Source: a bacterium (GTDB taxonomy: Bacteria > Patescibacteriota > Dojkabacteria > JAKAPS01). Taken from it: a DNA stretch of 64,000 nucleotides. The stretch spans positions 10,553-74,552 of the forward strand of contig JAKAPS010000003.1 of assembly GCA_021806925.1 (NCBI GenBank), written 5' to 3'. A program made the position numbers and the translations under genes. Shown here one piece after another: positions 1-8,571 of the stretch (the first letter of the stretch is position 1; every line of letters begins with the position of its first letter). Below the pieces are notes generated by a model, which saw only the letters and a list, made by a program, of their open reading frames with translations, had not been told where the DNA came from and did no database searches.

Positions 1-474
1 AATAGTGATGTGTTTAACTGGATAAGGCAAAGGTCTCGTTGGATTAAAGGATATATGCAAACTCATATAGTTTATACGAGATCATTATTCAATATGAAGC
101 GTGAATTTATATTTTTCATGCAGGCTATTATTGGCTGGAGATGGTTCACATTATTAGTTAATCCTTTGATGTGGACTCTAACTGTTATATATATATTAGA
201 ATATAGCCATGTAGTAGGATTCTACAAAGATATATTTCCTCCCGTTATTTTTTACATGGCAGTACTCTCTCTTGCTATAGGTAACTTCCTGTATGTTTAC
301 TATAATTTAATTGGGTTAGCTAAAAAAGGATATTGGAATTTGATTCCATCAATAATATTTATTCCATTTTATTGGTTACTTATGAGTTATTCATCATTCA
401 TTGCACTTTACCAGTTGTTTGTGAAGCCTCATTTTTGGGAGAAGACTCACCATGGATTACATATAAAAAGTTAA
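1..474 (+). CDS. C-terminal fragment of a processive family-2 glycosyltransferase (cellulose/chitin/hyaluronan-synthase-like); the reading frame is open to position 1, so the gene starts upstream of the window
   Basis: Q-R-S-R-W motif (QRSRWIKG), matching the Q(Q/R)xRW signature of processive GT2 synthases. It is followed by about 4 hydrophobic helices, as in the C-terminal membrane region of BcsA/NodC/HAS-type enzymes. Confidence 0.55.
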   Translation, partial: NSDVFNWIRQRSRWIKGYMQTHIVYTRSLFNMKREFIFFMQAIIGWRWFTLLVNPLMWTLTVIYILEYSHVVGFYKDIFPPVIFYMAVLSLAIGNFLYVYYNLIGLAKKGYWNLIPSIIFIPFYWLLMSYSSFIALYQLFVKPHFWEKTHHGLHIKS

Positions 475-483
475 TAAGAATAA

Positions 484-3063
484 ATGAAAAAAGAATTCTT
501 AGATTTAAGAAAGGGGATAATAATTACTTCTATTATGTCCATAATTGCAAGTATTATTGCAACAATATATGACTATACTCACGAACACATATTCCTATAT
601 TCAGATGCTGAGAGTCATATTGATATTGCAAAGAGAGTAGTTTCAAGCATTACGCCAGGACTAGCACAGCTTGGCGGGGAATGGTTGCCGCTAGATCATA
701 TATTAATGGTTCCATTTGTAATATCAAATTTCCTTTGGAGGAGTGGACTAGCTGGAAGCATAGTGAACGGATTAGCACTCCTTCTATTAACAATTTATGC
801 ATATAAATTTTCATATTTGCTAATAAAGAATAGTTATATAAGTTTAATTGCTCCTATTGTTATTTTACTCAATTTTAATGTGCTTTATCTATCAACAACA
901 CCGCTTGATGATATTTTAATGCTTTCTTTGGGAAGTGTTTCAATTTACTATTTTGTTAAATGGGCAGAAGATGATTCAATTTATTCAATAATACTTGCTA
1001 GTATATTTGTATTCTTTGCAAGTATAACAAGATATGATGGTTGGTTTCTAGCAGTAGGTGAATTCTGTGCAGTAGTTCTATTTGAAATTCTGAAAAAGAA
1101 AAAATTTGATGAACTTATAGGAGTATCTCTGTTATATAGCTTTATGGCATTTGCTGGTATGATTGGTTGGCTAATATGGAATAAATTAATATTTGGAAAT
1201 TATTTGTTTTTTGCAAATAGCCAATATAGTTCATCATATCAGCAAAGAATATTTTTTTTGCAAGGTAATTTACCAACTTATCATAATATTATGTTATCAG
1301 TGCTAGTATATCTTGGAACATGTTCAGAAACAATTGGAGAAATTCTATCAGTTTTTGCAGTTATTGGGTTATTACTATTCATATTCAATTTAATATTCAA
1401 AAGTCAAGAGAAACTAAAAATGTTTGCAGTTTTGCTGAGTTTATATCCAATATTGTTTTATGTTATAGCATTGTATTTAGGTCAAGCCAGTATATTCCTA
1501 CCATTTATAAATAATAAATACTGGATATCAGTTCATTTATTCAATGTCAGATATGGTATACAGATAATGTTTGCTGCATCAATATTTATTACTTACCTTA
1601 TTTCGAAAATAAAATATAGTGTGTATATCATATTTGTATTGTTGATATTACAAACCATTTTGATGGTTAGGTCTAATACAGTTATCTCATTTGAAGACGG
1701 ATTGTTTGGAGCTTCGTCCAGTACTGCAATAAATAATACAACCAACAGGAGTGTTATTATTTTAGAGCAATGGGTAAATAATCATTATGATAAGTGGTTA
1801 GTATTGATGGATAGTTACAGAAGGCATATAGGGTTTATACCTTTAGGAGTCCCGATGCAAAATTTTATATCTCAAGGTAATAGAATTTATTGGGATACAA
1901 GTATGATTGACCCATCAAGATATGCCACATGGATAATATTACAACGTAAATATACAGATGCAGTGTGGACAGGAATAAAGAATAAGCAGTTGTTATTTGA
2001 TGAATTTGTCCCTGTATATAACTCATCGAGTGATTGGGTATTTAAAAGAAGAGTAATATCTTCTAGGATAGTTTCAAAGAGTGGAACGAATCTATATTTA
2101 AATAATAAACCATTCATATCAAGTGGAGTTAATTCATATGGTCTTATGGTTGATTCAAAACAACATATAGATACGATATTTAAGAATGTGAGCGAGGAAG
2201 GATTTAATACAATAAGGTTTTGGGCATTTGATAGTCAAGGAGGAATAACTCCAAGTGAATTTAATAACTTTGATTACATAATAAAGGAGGCAGATTTGTA
2301 CAATATAAAATTGATTCCAGTATTCAGTAATAACTGGAGTAATTATGGAGGTATACAAGCAACATTTACTACTAATAGTAATCCTGATGTGTATAGTCAA
2401 CATTCTCAGAATGGAATAGAAAACAGGATAACCGAAATATTAAATAGGACAAACAGTTATACGGGTGTTAAATACAAAGATGATAGTGCAATTTTTGCGT
2501 GGGATATAATGAATGAACCAAGGGTTGATAATTCAACAGCAAGTGAAGAGTTATTATGGATAAATAATGTAGCTAACTATACTCACTCACTTGATCAAAA
2601 GCATTTGGTAACTATAGGAACTGAGGGGTTGTCGAACACACAAGGGTATTACGGATATAGTATTAATGGAGAAGCTCCATATTCAAGTATTTGTGCTTTA
2701 TATGGAATAGATATTTGCAGTGTTCACGTATATCCAAAATATTTTGGTACAAACTATACTATTAGTGATATATACGATTTATTAGGTAAGTGGCAGGGAG
2801 CAAGTAAATATTTTTCTAAGCCTCTTTTAGTTGAGGAATTTGGGTATCCAGTAAGTAATACAGAATCAACCACGTATTCAAGTAGTCTTGTGAGTAATCA
2901 GAATTTGAGGAATACTTTTCTTGATAATGTATTGAATGTAGTTAAGGCAGATGGGATTAATGGTTCAATTATATGGGGATATTCATTAAATGAGTATGGT
3001 TCATTTAATATTAATCCCGGTGATACACTAGACCTTGAATTTATTAATAACTGGGTAAAATAG
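484..3063 (+). CDS. Membrane protein with an N-terminal polytopic GT-C-like (PMT/ArnT-type) domain fused to a C-terminal GH5 (mannanase/cellulase-like) glycoside hydrolase domain
   Basis: About 12 predicted TM helices in the first ~420 aa, with a D-A-E-S-H acidic motif in the first extracytoplasmic loop (compare the DE motif of GT-C enzymes). The C-terminal domain has the GH5 acid/base motif W-D-I-M-N-E-P-R and a later V-E-E-F-G nucleophile-type motif. Confidence 0.55.
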   Translation: MKKEFLDLRKGIIITSIMSIIASIIATIYDYTHEHIFLYSDAESHIDIAKRVVSSITPGLAQLGGEWLPLDHILMVPFVISNFLWRSGLAGSIVNGLALLLLTIYAYKFSYLLIKNSYISLIAPIVILLNFNVLYLSTTPLDDILMLSLGSVSIYYFVKWAEDDSIYSIILASIFVFFASITRYDGWFLAVGEFCAVVLFEILKKKKFDELIGVSLLYSFMAFAGMIGWLIWNKLIFGNYLFFANSQYSSSYQQRIFFLQGNLPTYHNIMLSVLVYLGTCSETIGEILSVFAVIGLLLFIFNLIFKSQEKLKMFAVLLSLYPILFYVIALYLGQASIFLPFINNKYWISVHLFNVRYGIQIMFAASIFITYLISKIKYSVYIIFVLLILQTILMVRSNTVISFEDGLFGASSSTAINNTTNRSVIILEQWVNNHYDKWLVLMDSYRRHIGFIPLGVPMQNFISQGNRIYWDTSMIDPSRYATWIILQRKYTDAVWTGIKNKQLLFDEFVPVYNSSSDWVFKRRVISSRIVSKSGTNLYLNNKPFISSGVNSYGLMVDSKQHIDTIFKNVSEEGFNTIRFWAFDSQGGITPSEFNNFDYIIKEADLYNIKLIPVFSNNWSNYGGIQATFTTNSNPDVYSQHSQNGIENRITEILNRTNSYTGVKYKDDSAIFAWDIMNEPRVDNSTASEELLWINNVANYTHSLDQKHLVTIGTEGLSNTQGYYGYSINGEAPYSSICALYGIDICSVHVYPKYFGTNYTISDIYDLLGKWQGASKYFSKPLLVEEFGYPVSNTESTTYSSSLVSNQNLRNTFLDNVLNVVKADGINGSIIWGYSLNEYGSFNINPGDTLDLEFINNWVK

Positions 3064-3210
3064 AATGTAACTTGACAATTTAGTTTCGCAATGATAATGT
3101 TACAGTTAGATTTACATATGAAAGATTTTGTACAAAAAAAAATTTTTGTTTGGTGTGATGTCTTTCATATGGAGGTTTGTGATTAGTTTCCCCTAATCTC
3201 AAATAAAATT

Positions 3211-3241
3211 AAACCTCCTATATTTTTAGGAGGTTTTTTTA
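3211..3241 (+). terminator. Rho-independent terminator downstream of the GT-C/GH5 gene
   Basis: Inverted repeat aacctcct...aggaggtt followed by a T7 run; a second hairpin gattag-tttccc-ctaatc lies just upstream (3181-3198). Confidence 0.5.
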
Positions 3242-3278
3242 TATTAAAAATTTAATTATACAAAGAACAAAATATAAC

Positions 3279-4280
3279 ATGAAAAAAACAATTTTAACAG
3301 GAGATAGAGCAACAGGTAGACTTCATGTAGGTCATCTTCTAGGTTCACTTGAAAATAGGGTGAAATTCCAAGATGAATATAACCAGTTTATATTAATTGC
3401 AAATATACAAGGATTGACGGATAATTTCCTTGATCCAAAAAAAATAAGGGATTCTATCCCAGAATTAATTCTTGACTATTATGCAGTTGGAATTGATTTT
3501 AACAAATCTACTGTATTTATACAGAGTATGATACCTCAGATACATGAGATATTTATATATATATCGAATTTTGCTACAGTTCAACAAATATCTCATAATC
3601 CAACAATAAAAACTGAAATCTTACAAAAGAATTATGGTGAATCAACACCACTTGGCTTCTATATTTATCCAGTTCATCAAGTTGCAGATATATTATCCGT
3701 AAGAGGAGAATTAGTTCCAGTAGGGCCAGGTGAAGTTCCGCAAGTTGAGGAGGCGAGGGAGATTGTTAGAAAATTTAATTCCACCTACAATGTTAATATT
3801 CTTAAAGAACCACATGAGTTACTTGGTGTTCCTAAAAATGTACCTGGTATTGATGGTAATGAAAAGATGGGTAAAAGTTTAAATAACTGTATATACCTGA
3901 GCGATTCAGAAGAAGAGTTGAAAAAGAAGATATTTTCAATGAAGACTGATCCAAATAGAATCCATGCTACTGACCCTGGAACTGTTGAAGGAAATACTAT
4001 TTTTATATATCATTCGCTGTTTAATAGCAATTTAAATGAGGTTGAAGATCTGAAGGAAAGGTATCGGAAAGGTGCTGTAAGTGATGTTGAAGTAAAGGAT
4101 AAATTATTTAAAGCTATGAATACTGTTCTTACCCCTATAAGAGAGAAGAGACTTGAAGGGGAGAAGTTATTAAATGAGTTAACTCTAAAGGTTGTAAATG
4201 AAAATACGAAAAAGGTTCAAAGTATTGCAAAAGATGTTGTTGAGGAGATCAAGGAAATTGTATTTCAGAGTTTCAAATGA
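3279..4280 (+). CDS. trpS: Tryptophanyl-tRNA synthetase
   Basis: Class I aaRS motifs: HVGH (TGDRATGRLHVGHLLG) and KMGKS (a KMSKS variant). Size is 333 aa. Blocks YAVGIDFNKSTVFIQS and VPVGPGEVPQVEEAREI match conserved TrpRS blocks. Confidence 0.85.
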   Translation: MKKTILTGDRATGRLHVGHLLGSLENRVKFQDEYNQFILIANIQGLTDNFLDPKKIRDSIPELILDYYAVGIDFNKSTVFIQSMIPQIHEIFIYISNFATVQQISHNPTIKTEILQKNYGESTPLGFYIYPVHQVADILSVRGELVPVGPGEVPQVEEAREIVRKFNSTYNVNILKEPHELLGVPKNVPGIDGNEKMGKSLNNCIYLSDSEEELKKKIFSMKTDPNRIHATDPGTVEGNTIFIYHSLFNSNLNEVEDLKERYRKGAVSDVEVKDKLFKAMNTVLTPIREKRLEGEKLLNELTLKVVNENTKKVQSIAKDVVEEIKEIVFQSFK

Positions 4281-4678
4281 AATATATATATTATGTGAGG
4301 AATAAATATAAAGCTGGCGACAAAAAGTGATGCTATTGCACTTATTAAAACAGCTCCAGCTGAGGTGTCTTTTGCTATTCCTGCAAGCTTATTGTACTTT
4401 CCATCTGTTACTAAATTAACTGTAACTTCAATTGAGCTGTTTATAAGTTCAGTGAAAATTACAGCACTTATTGTTAGTACAATAATGGCAAATTCATCAA
4501 GTGATATTTTTAATAATATTGATAAGATTATTGCAAATGTACCAAAAAAAATATGTATTTTCATATTTCTTTCATTTTTAACTGAGAATTTAATACCATT
4601 AAATGCGTAAATAAACATACGTATGTAAACTGATTTAAAGAATGAATTACTTTTCATAAACAGTTCCAATATATACAT
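4265..4678 (-). CDS. dgkA: Diacylglycerol kinase / undecaprenol kinase (DgkA family); the true start may be the internal Met at 4657
   Basis: 3 TM helices plus DgkA blocks: VKNERNMKIH (compare WINEAAFRQE), ELINSSIEVTVNLV (compare EILNSAIEAVVD) and AKDTSAGAVLIS (compare AKDMGSAAVLI). Confidence 0.6.
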   Translation of the reverse strand: MYILELFMKSNSFFKSVYIRMFIYAFNGIKFSVKNERNMKIHIFFGTFAIILSILLKISLDEFAIIVLTISAVIFTELINSSIEVTVNLVTDGKYNKLAGIAKDTSAGAVLISAIASLFVASFIFIPHIIYIFHLKL

Positions 4679-4765
4679 TAATATTACATTCTTTCTAATT
4701 GGAATACCAATACATTAAAAAAGATGGAATACCAGTATAAATAGAACTTCATTATATTGAGTTCA

Positions 4766-5851
4766 TTAATTCATGTAACTGCTCTGTTTATCCATGAAAA
4801 ATCTGAACAATAGAATAAGAATTATTGAAGAACCAATTAATGAAAGTATTAAATGGATTAATATACCCAGAACTGGAATCAAAACTATAACTGATAGTAA
4901 GATGCTGGAGATAAGAAGAACAACTAAATCATGTCTTTTTGTCATCCACTTCTTTAGTATCAAATATGATGCAATCACAGATCCAGGTGTAAGAATTAGA
5001 AACATAACTGATGTATAGAGTATAAATATATTGAATTGAGTAAATATAGTTAAGGCTAGAAGGATAAATGCAACAGGAATTGATAAAACAATACCAATGG
5101 AAGTATAAACAACTTTATTTATTTCTTTATTTAATATTTCTTCCATTACTGATAGCTTATTTCTAATTATGAAATATACAATAAATGCCAGAGGTATTGT
5201 AGAAAGAATAGAAAACAATATGTATATATACGGATTCCACATTCTCATCATGTTTGATCTTGTGAAATTACCTTCACTATAGTTGATTTTGTTTTTTGTA
5301 ATTGTCCCTTCTACAGATGAGTTTGCTCCTTGTACAAACTGTCTACCAGTATAATATATATTTCCATATGCTGTTCCGTTCATTTTCATATCACCTCCAC
5401 GAAAATATATATCATTAGATACAGTACCATTCATTGTCAAATTACTTGCTAATACATCTAATTCCCCTCCAATATCTGATGATTTGTGGATTGTAATATT
5501 TGTTCCAGCAATGCTGGCGTTTCTGTTCACTTGACCATATATGTCTATGTTATTTGCGACTACTCTTAATCCATAACTAACACCTGTAAATGTAAAATTA
5601 TTTGCTATGCAGTATATCTCTCCACTAACATTAGCCGTTATATTTACGTTTTGCCCAATACAATAGAAATCACCATTTACATTTGCTGTTTGATTTATAC
5701 TACTATTAATATCATAAACATTCTGCCATTTAGGTAGTATTGGAGTAGTTATGTAAGAAATTGCATCAACTGAATTTAATTTCCCTATAATTGGATAAAT
5801 GAATAGAGATATAACTAGTAAAAAAAGAGTTATGTATATGGGCTTCTTCAT
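4766..5851 (-). CDS. Membrane protein: signal peptide, extracytoplasmic beta-helical repeat domain (bactofilin/DUF4097-like periodic G-x-V/I repeats), C-terminal 4-TM anchor
   Basis: N-terminal hydrophobic signal; about 160 aa of repeats rich in G, N, V and I at roughly 18-20 aa periodicity (NVSGEIYCIANN / GVSYGLRVVANN / GTVSNDIYFRGG); four hydrophobic helices in the C-terminal 150 aa. Confidence 0.4.
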   Translation of the reverse strand: MKKPIYITLFLLVISLFIYPIIGKLNSVDAISYITTPILPKWQNVYDINSSINQTANVNGDFYCIGQNVNITANVSGEIYCIANNFTFTGVSYGLRVVANNIDIYGQVNRNASIAGTNITIHKSSDIGGELDVLASNLTMNGTVSNDIYFRGGDMKMNGTAYGNIYYTGRQFVQGANSSVEGTITKNKINYSEGNFTRSNMMRMWNPYIYILFSILSTIPLAFIVYFIIRNKLSVMEEILNKEINKVVYTSIGIVLSIPVAFILLALTIFTQFNIFILYTSVMFLILTPGSVIASYLILKKWMTKRHDLVVLLISSILLSVIVLIPVLGILIHLILSLIGSSIILILLFRFFMDKQSSYMN

Positions 5852-5955
5852 ATCAACCTTATTTTAGTATTGGTTTAATTTGTTGTCAAAGAAAACAATA
5901 CGTTTACAAAATCAACAAAGTGATAAACACTTCTGTTATGGGATGAGTAAAAAGG

Positions 5956-5984
5956 TTGACTTTCTGAGAGAGAGAGAGTACAAT
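5956..5984 (+). promoter_or_regulatory. Consensus sigma70-type promoter TTGACT-17-TACAAT whose spacer is a (GA)6G dinucleotide repeat; the predicted TSS is 1-2 nt before the ATG, giving a leaderless mRNA
   Basis: ttgact at 5956-5961, a 17-nt spacer ttctgagagagagagag, and tacaat at 5979-5984. The ATG of the downstream ORF is at 5993. Confidence 0.45.
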
Positions 5985-5992
5985 AGTACCAT

Positions 5993-7093
5993 ATGGCAGA
6001 AAAGCAAGGTATTATAGATACATTATTATCTAGAATAGAAAAAGGTAGGAAAGAAATATTGTGGAAAAGGGAATCTAATAAAATAAAGAAAATTGCTGCA
6101 GAGTTGAGTGAAACTGATGGATATTTTAGAGATGGTCGTAATATATTTGCAGTTACTACAGTTCATAATGGATTCAATATAAAGGTATATAGTGATGATG
6201 GAAAACAAGGATTATATATAGCTGAAGCTAATAATAGACTTGACGACCAATATACTCATTATCTTGAGAATTTACATGGTGAAAATTCTTCTACTCATAA
6301 GGATGCTGTATTGAAAATGGTAGAAATTGTTAAAAGTGTAATGAAAAAAAGGGAAAAAGATACAGTAAAGAATGAGCGTAGAATAAGTAATGTTAGTAAA
6401 TTTTTAAGAGATAAATTATATAGTGTATTTGTTGTTGAGCCTAGCGCGAGGTTCGTTGAATCTACCGATACTGATGGAAATAAATTTCTAATTAAACGCA
6501 GTTTTATAAAATCTACTTTTTCTGACAGTGATTATTATGAGGAAGTTATAACTATAGGTAAAAAGGATAAAAAAACTGGTGATTATACCTATATAGAAAT
6601 TGTAGATACAAATGGAACTAAATCAATTGTTCTTGGATATCATAGTGAAAAATATGATCAAAACTTTATTGAACAAACTAATACAATAGAAGCTATAACT
6701 GAGGCTAAGAAAATAGTTGGTGAGTTTGTTGAAACAATTATACCTAAAGATGAAATACACAAAAAAGTAGAAGAATTTAAATTAAAATTAGCAAAATATT
6801 TTGGTGCAGAAGTAGACGAGATTAAAATAAAAAGTAAAACTATATATGTGTGTATTGATCCTTCTTCTGAAAGAATTATAATTTCAAATAGTCCTGATGA
6901 ATACCGCAAAAGTAATGTTGAATGTATTATTAAATTAGAAGAGGATACAATTAGAAGGTCAGTATATGGTATCTTTGGTCTAATTAGTGTACCAGAAATA
7001 AATACAAAAAAAGCAGTTGTTGTAGCAGAATCTATGTTAAATACTTTTCTTAGTGAGAAAGCGGAACTTGATGAAAACTTGGATAGCATGTAA
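5993..7093 (+). CDS. Hypothetical cytoplasmic protein (366 aa, Lys/Glu-rich), no recognisable domain
   Basis: Long ORF with coding-like composition, a strong promoter immediately upstream, and no TM segments. Confidence 0.5.
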   Translation: MAEKQGIIDTLLSRIEKGRKEILWKRESNKIKKIAAELSETDGYFRDGRNIFAVTTVHNGFNIKVYSDDGKQGLYIAEANNRLDDQYTHYLENLHGENSSTHKDAVLKMVEIVKSVMKKREKDTVKNERRISNVSKFLRDKLYSVFVVEPSARFVESTDTDGNKFLIKRSFIKSTFSDSDYYEEVITIGKKDKKTGDYTYIEIVDTNGTKSIVLGYHSEKYDQNFIEQTNTIEAITEAKKIVGEFVETIIPKDEIHKKVEEFKLKLAKYFGAEVDEIKIKSKTIYVCIDPSSERIIISNSPDEYRKSNVECIIKLEEDTIRRSVYGIFGLISVPEINTKKAVVVAESMLNTFLSEKAELDENLDSM

Positions 7094-7345
7094 TAGGAAG
7101 ATATATAGAATAACAACAAAAGGAAGACTTAAAATTTTAATTTGATGATTCCATGTGGTTTGTTTGCGGTGTCTTGTTGCATATTAAAGAGGTAGGAAAA
7201 TGAGTAATGTAGGAATGAATATTAAAGCTATGGGTATGTACTTATCGTAGATTTCATATATAAAAATAAATATTGTTATAATTCCTCATTTGAAAAATTT
7301 CCAATTTAGTGTTATACGTAGATGTGGTTTATAATTAGGTAGTTT

Positions 7346-8569
7346 ATGATAGATGAAAACACAATTGAAGAAGCAGTAAATAAGATAAAATCATATAAAG
7401 ATAGGATTTTATCCTTCATATCAGATCTTGTATCTATAAATACAACAAGTAGCTATAACAATGAATATGACCATGTTGAAGAAAAGATTGTCGGTAGAAT
7501 AATAGATGAATGTGATAGATTAAAATTGCCATATAGGTTATTAACTAAACGTGAAGGTAGACCAAATATATATATTGGTAATATTGATTCATTTCCAAAA
7601 AGAACCGATCTGCTTTTAGTATCACATTCTGATACAGTCCCTGTATCTGATTACCAGAAATGGAAAAGTAATCCATTTCATGCAACAACGGTTGGTGATT
7701 TTCTATATGGTTTAGGAACTGCAGACTGTAAAGGTGGTATTGCAATTTGTGTATATATAACAAGAATACTGTTTGATCTTGGTTTTACTAATGTTAAAGC
7801 ACTTATAGGTGTTGCAGAAGAAGTTGGTGCTGATGCTGATTTTGGAGTTAATTATGTACTTGATGAAGGACTTAATGCAAAATATGCAATCTATACATAT
7901 GCTGGTAAAAAGAATGAGATAATAATTGGGCATAGGGGATTATTAAGATATTGGATAAATGTTGAGGGAGAGAGTAATCATACAGGGTTATTATCTTGGC
8001 AAGAAAGGAAAAAAGGGGAAAATGCCATAGAAATATTAAATAGAATAATTTCGAGAATATATAAAATGAAATTAAATAAGAAAACTCATCCGAACTTCTC
8101 GAAATATACATTCAATCACACTGTGACATTGATAAATGGTGGAAATGGTGAGAGTCTTGTTCCATCAAAAGCAAATGCAATGATTGATGTTAGGTTATTG
8201 CCAGGTGATGAGTTCGAAGAATATTTACACAGAGTTCAGAATATTATAGATAAAGTTCTTGTAGATTATCCTAAGGGAATAGCTAAAATAGAGATAAAGA
8301 ATAATATTCCCGCTGTTTGTATAAATGAAAAGAACGGAATTGCAAAGATTTTGAATGATGTATTAAAGGAAGATGGTATTAAAGATATATTGTTGAAAGC
8401 CTCAGGTGCAGCAAATGAAGGATATATGTTAATAGAAAAAGGAATCCCTACAATATGTGGATTTGGCTTTGAGGGAGGAGAGATGCATAGGGAGAATGAA
8501 TATATAAAGATGGATTCCATGGAGGAGATATTACTTAGATTTATAAAAATTGCATATAGAATAAATTAG
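7346..8569 (+). CDS. M20-family metallopeptidase (ArgE/DapE/dipeptidase-like)
   Basis: H-S-D-T-V motif (LLLVSHSDTVPV) and G-T-A-D-C-K-G-G, matching the M20 HxDxV and GxxDxKGG metal-binding signatures. Confidence 0.7.
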   Translation: MIDENTIEEAVNKIKSYKDRILSFISDLVSINTTSSYNNEYDHVEEKIVGRIIDECDRLKLPYRLLTKREGRPNIYIGNIDSFPKRTDLLLVSHSDTVPVSDYQKWKSNPFHATTVGDFLYGLGTADCKGGIAICVYITRILFDLGFTNVKALIGVAEEVGADADFGVNYVLDEGLNAKYAIYTYAGKKNEIIIGHRGLLRYWINVEGESNHTGLLSWQERKKGENAIEILNRIISRIYKMKLNKKTHPNFSKYTFNHTVTLINGGNGESLVPSKANAMIDVRLLPGDEFEEYLHRVQNIIDKVLVDYPKGIAKIEIKNNIPAVCINEKNGIAKILNDVLKEDGIKDILLKASGAANEGYMLIEKGIPTICGFGFEGGEMHRENEYIKMDSMEEILLRFIKIAYRIN

Positions 8570-8571
8570 TT

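Noticed and set aside
3279-4280. Possibility that the genome uses genetic code 25 or code 4 (TGA sense), as in some reduced-genome lineages
   Set aside because: trpS ends at a TGA where the TrpRS C-terminus is expected, and long essential genes (rpoB, rpoC, fusA) contain no in-frame TGA. Standard code 11 fits.
4365-4610. Antisense/shadow ORFs in the six-frame track (e.g. 4365-4610, 10670-11062, 42552-42902, 51195-51536, 60492-60701 and similar 60-130 aa ORFs inside larger genes)
   Set aside because: Each lies wholly inside a well-supported gene on the opposite strand or in another frame, and each is low-complexity or AT-codon-driven. Treated as spurious.
7199-7249. 16-aa ORF (MSNVGMNIKAMGMYLS) with an SD-like gaggtagg upstream, in the spacer before the M20 peptidase gene
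   Set aside because: Too short to support without conservation or expression data. It could be a leader peptide, but nothing else, such as an alternative hairpin, was evident.
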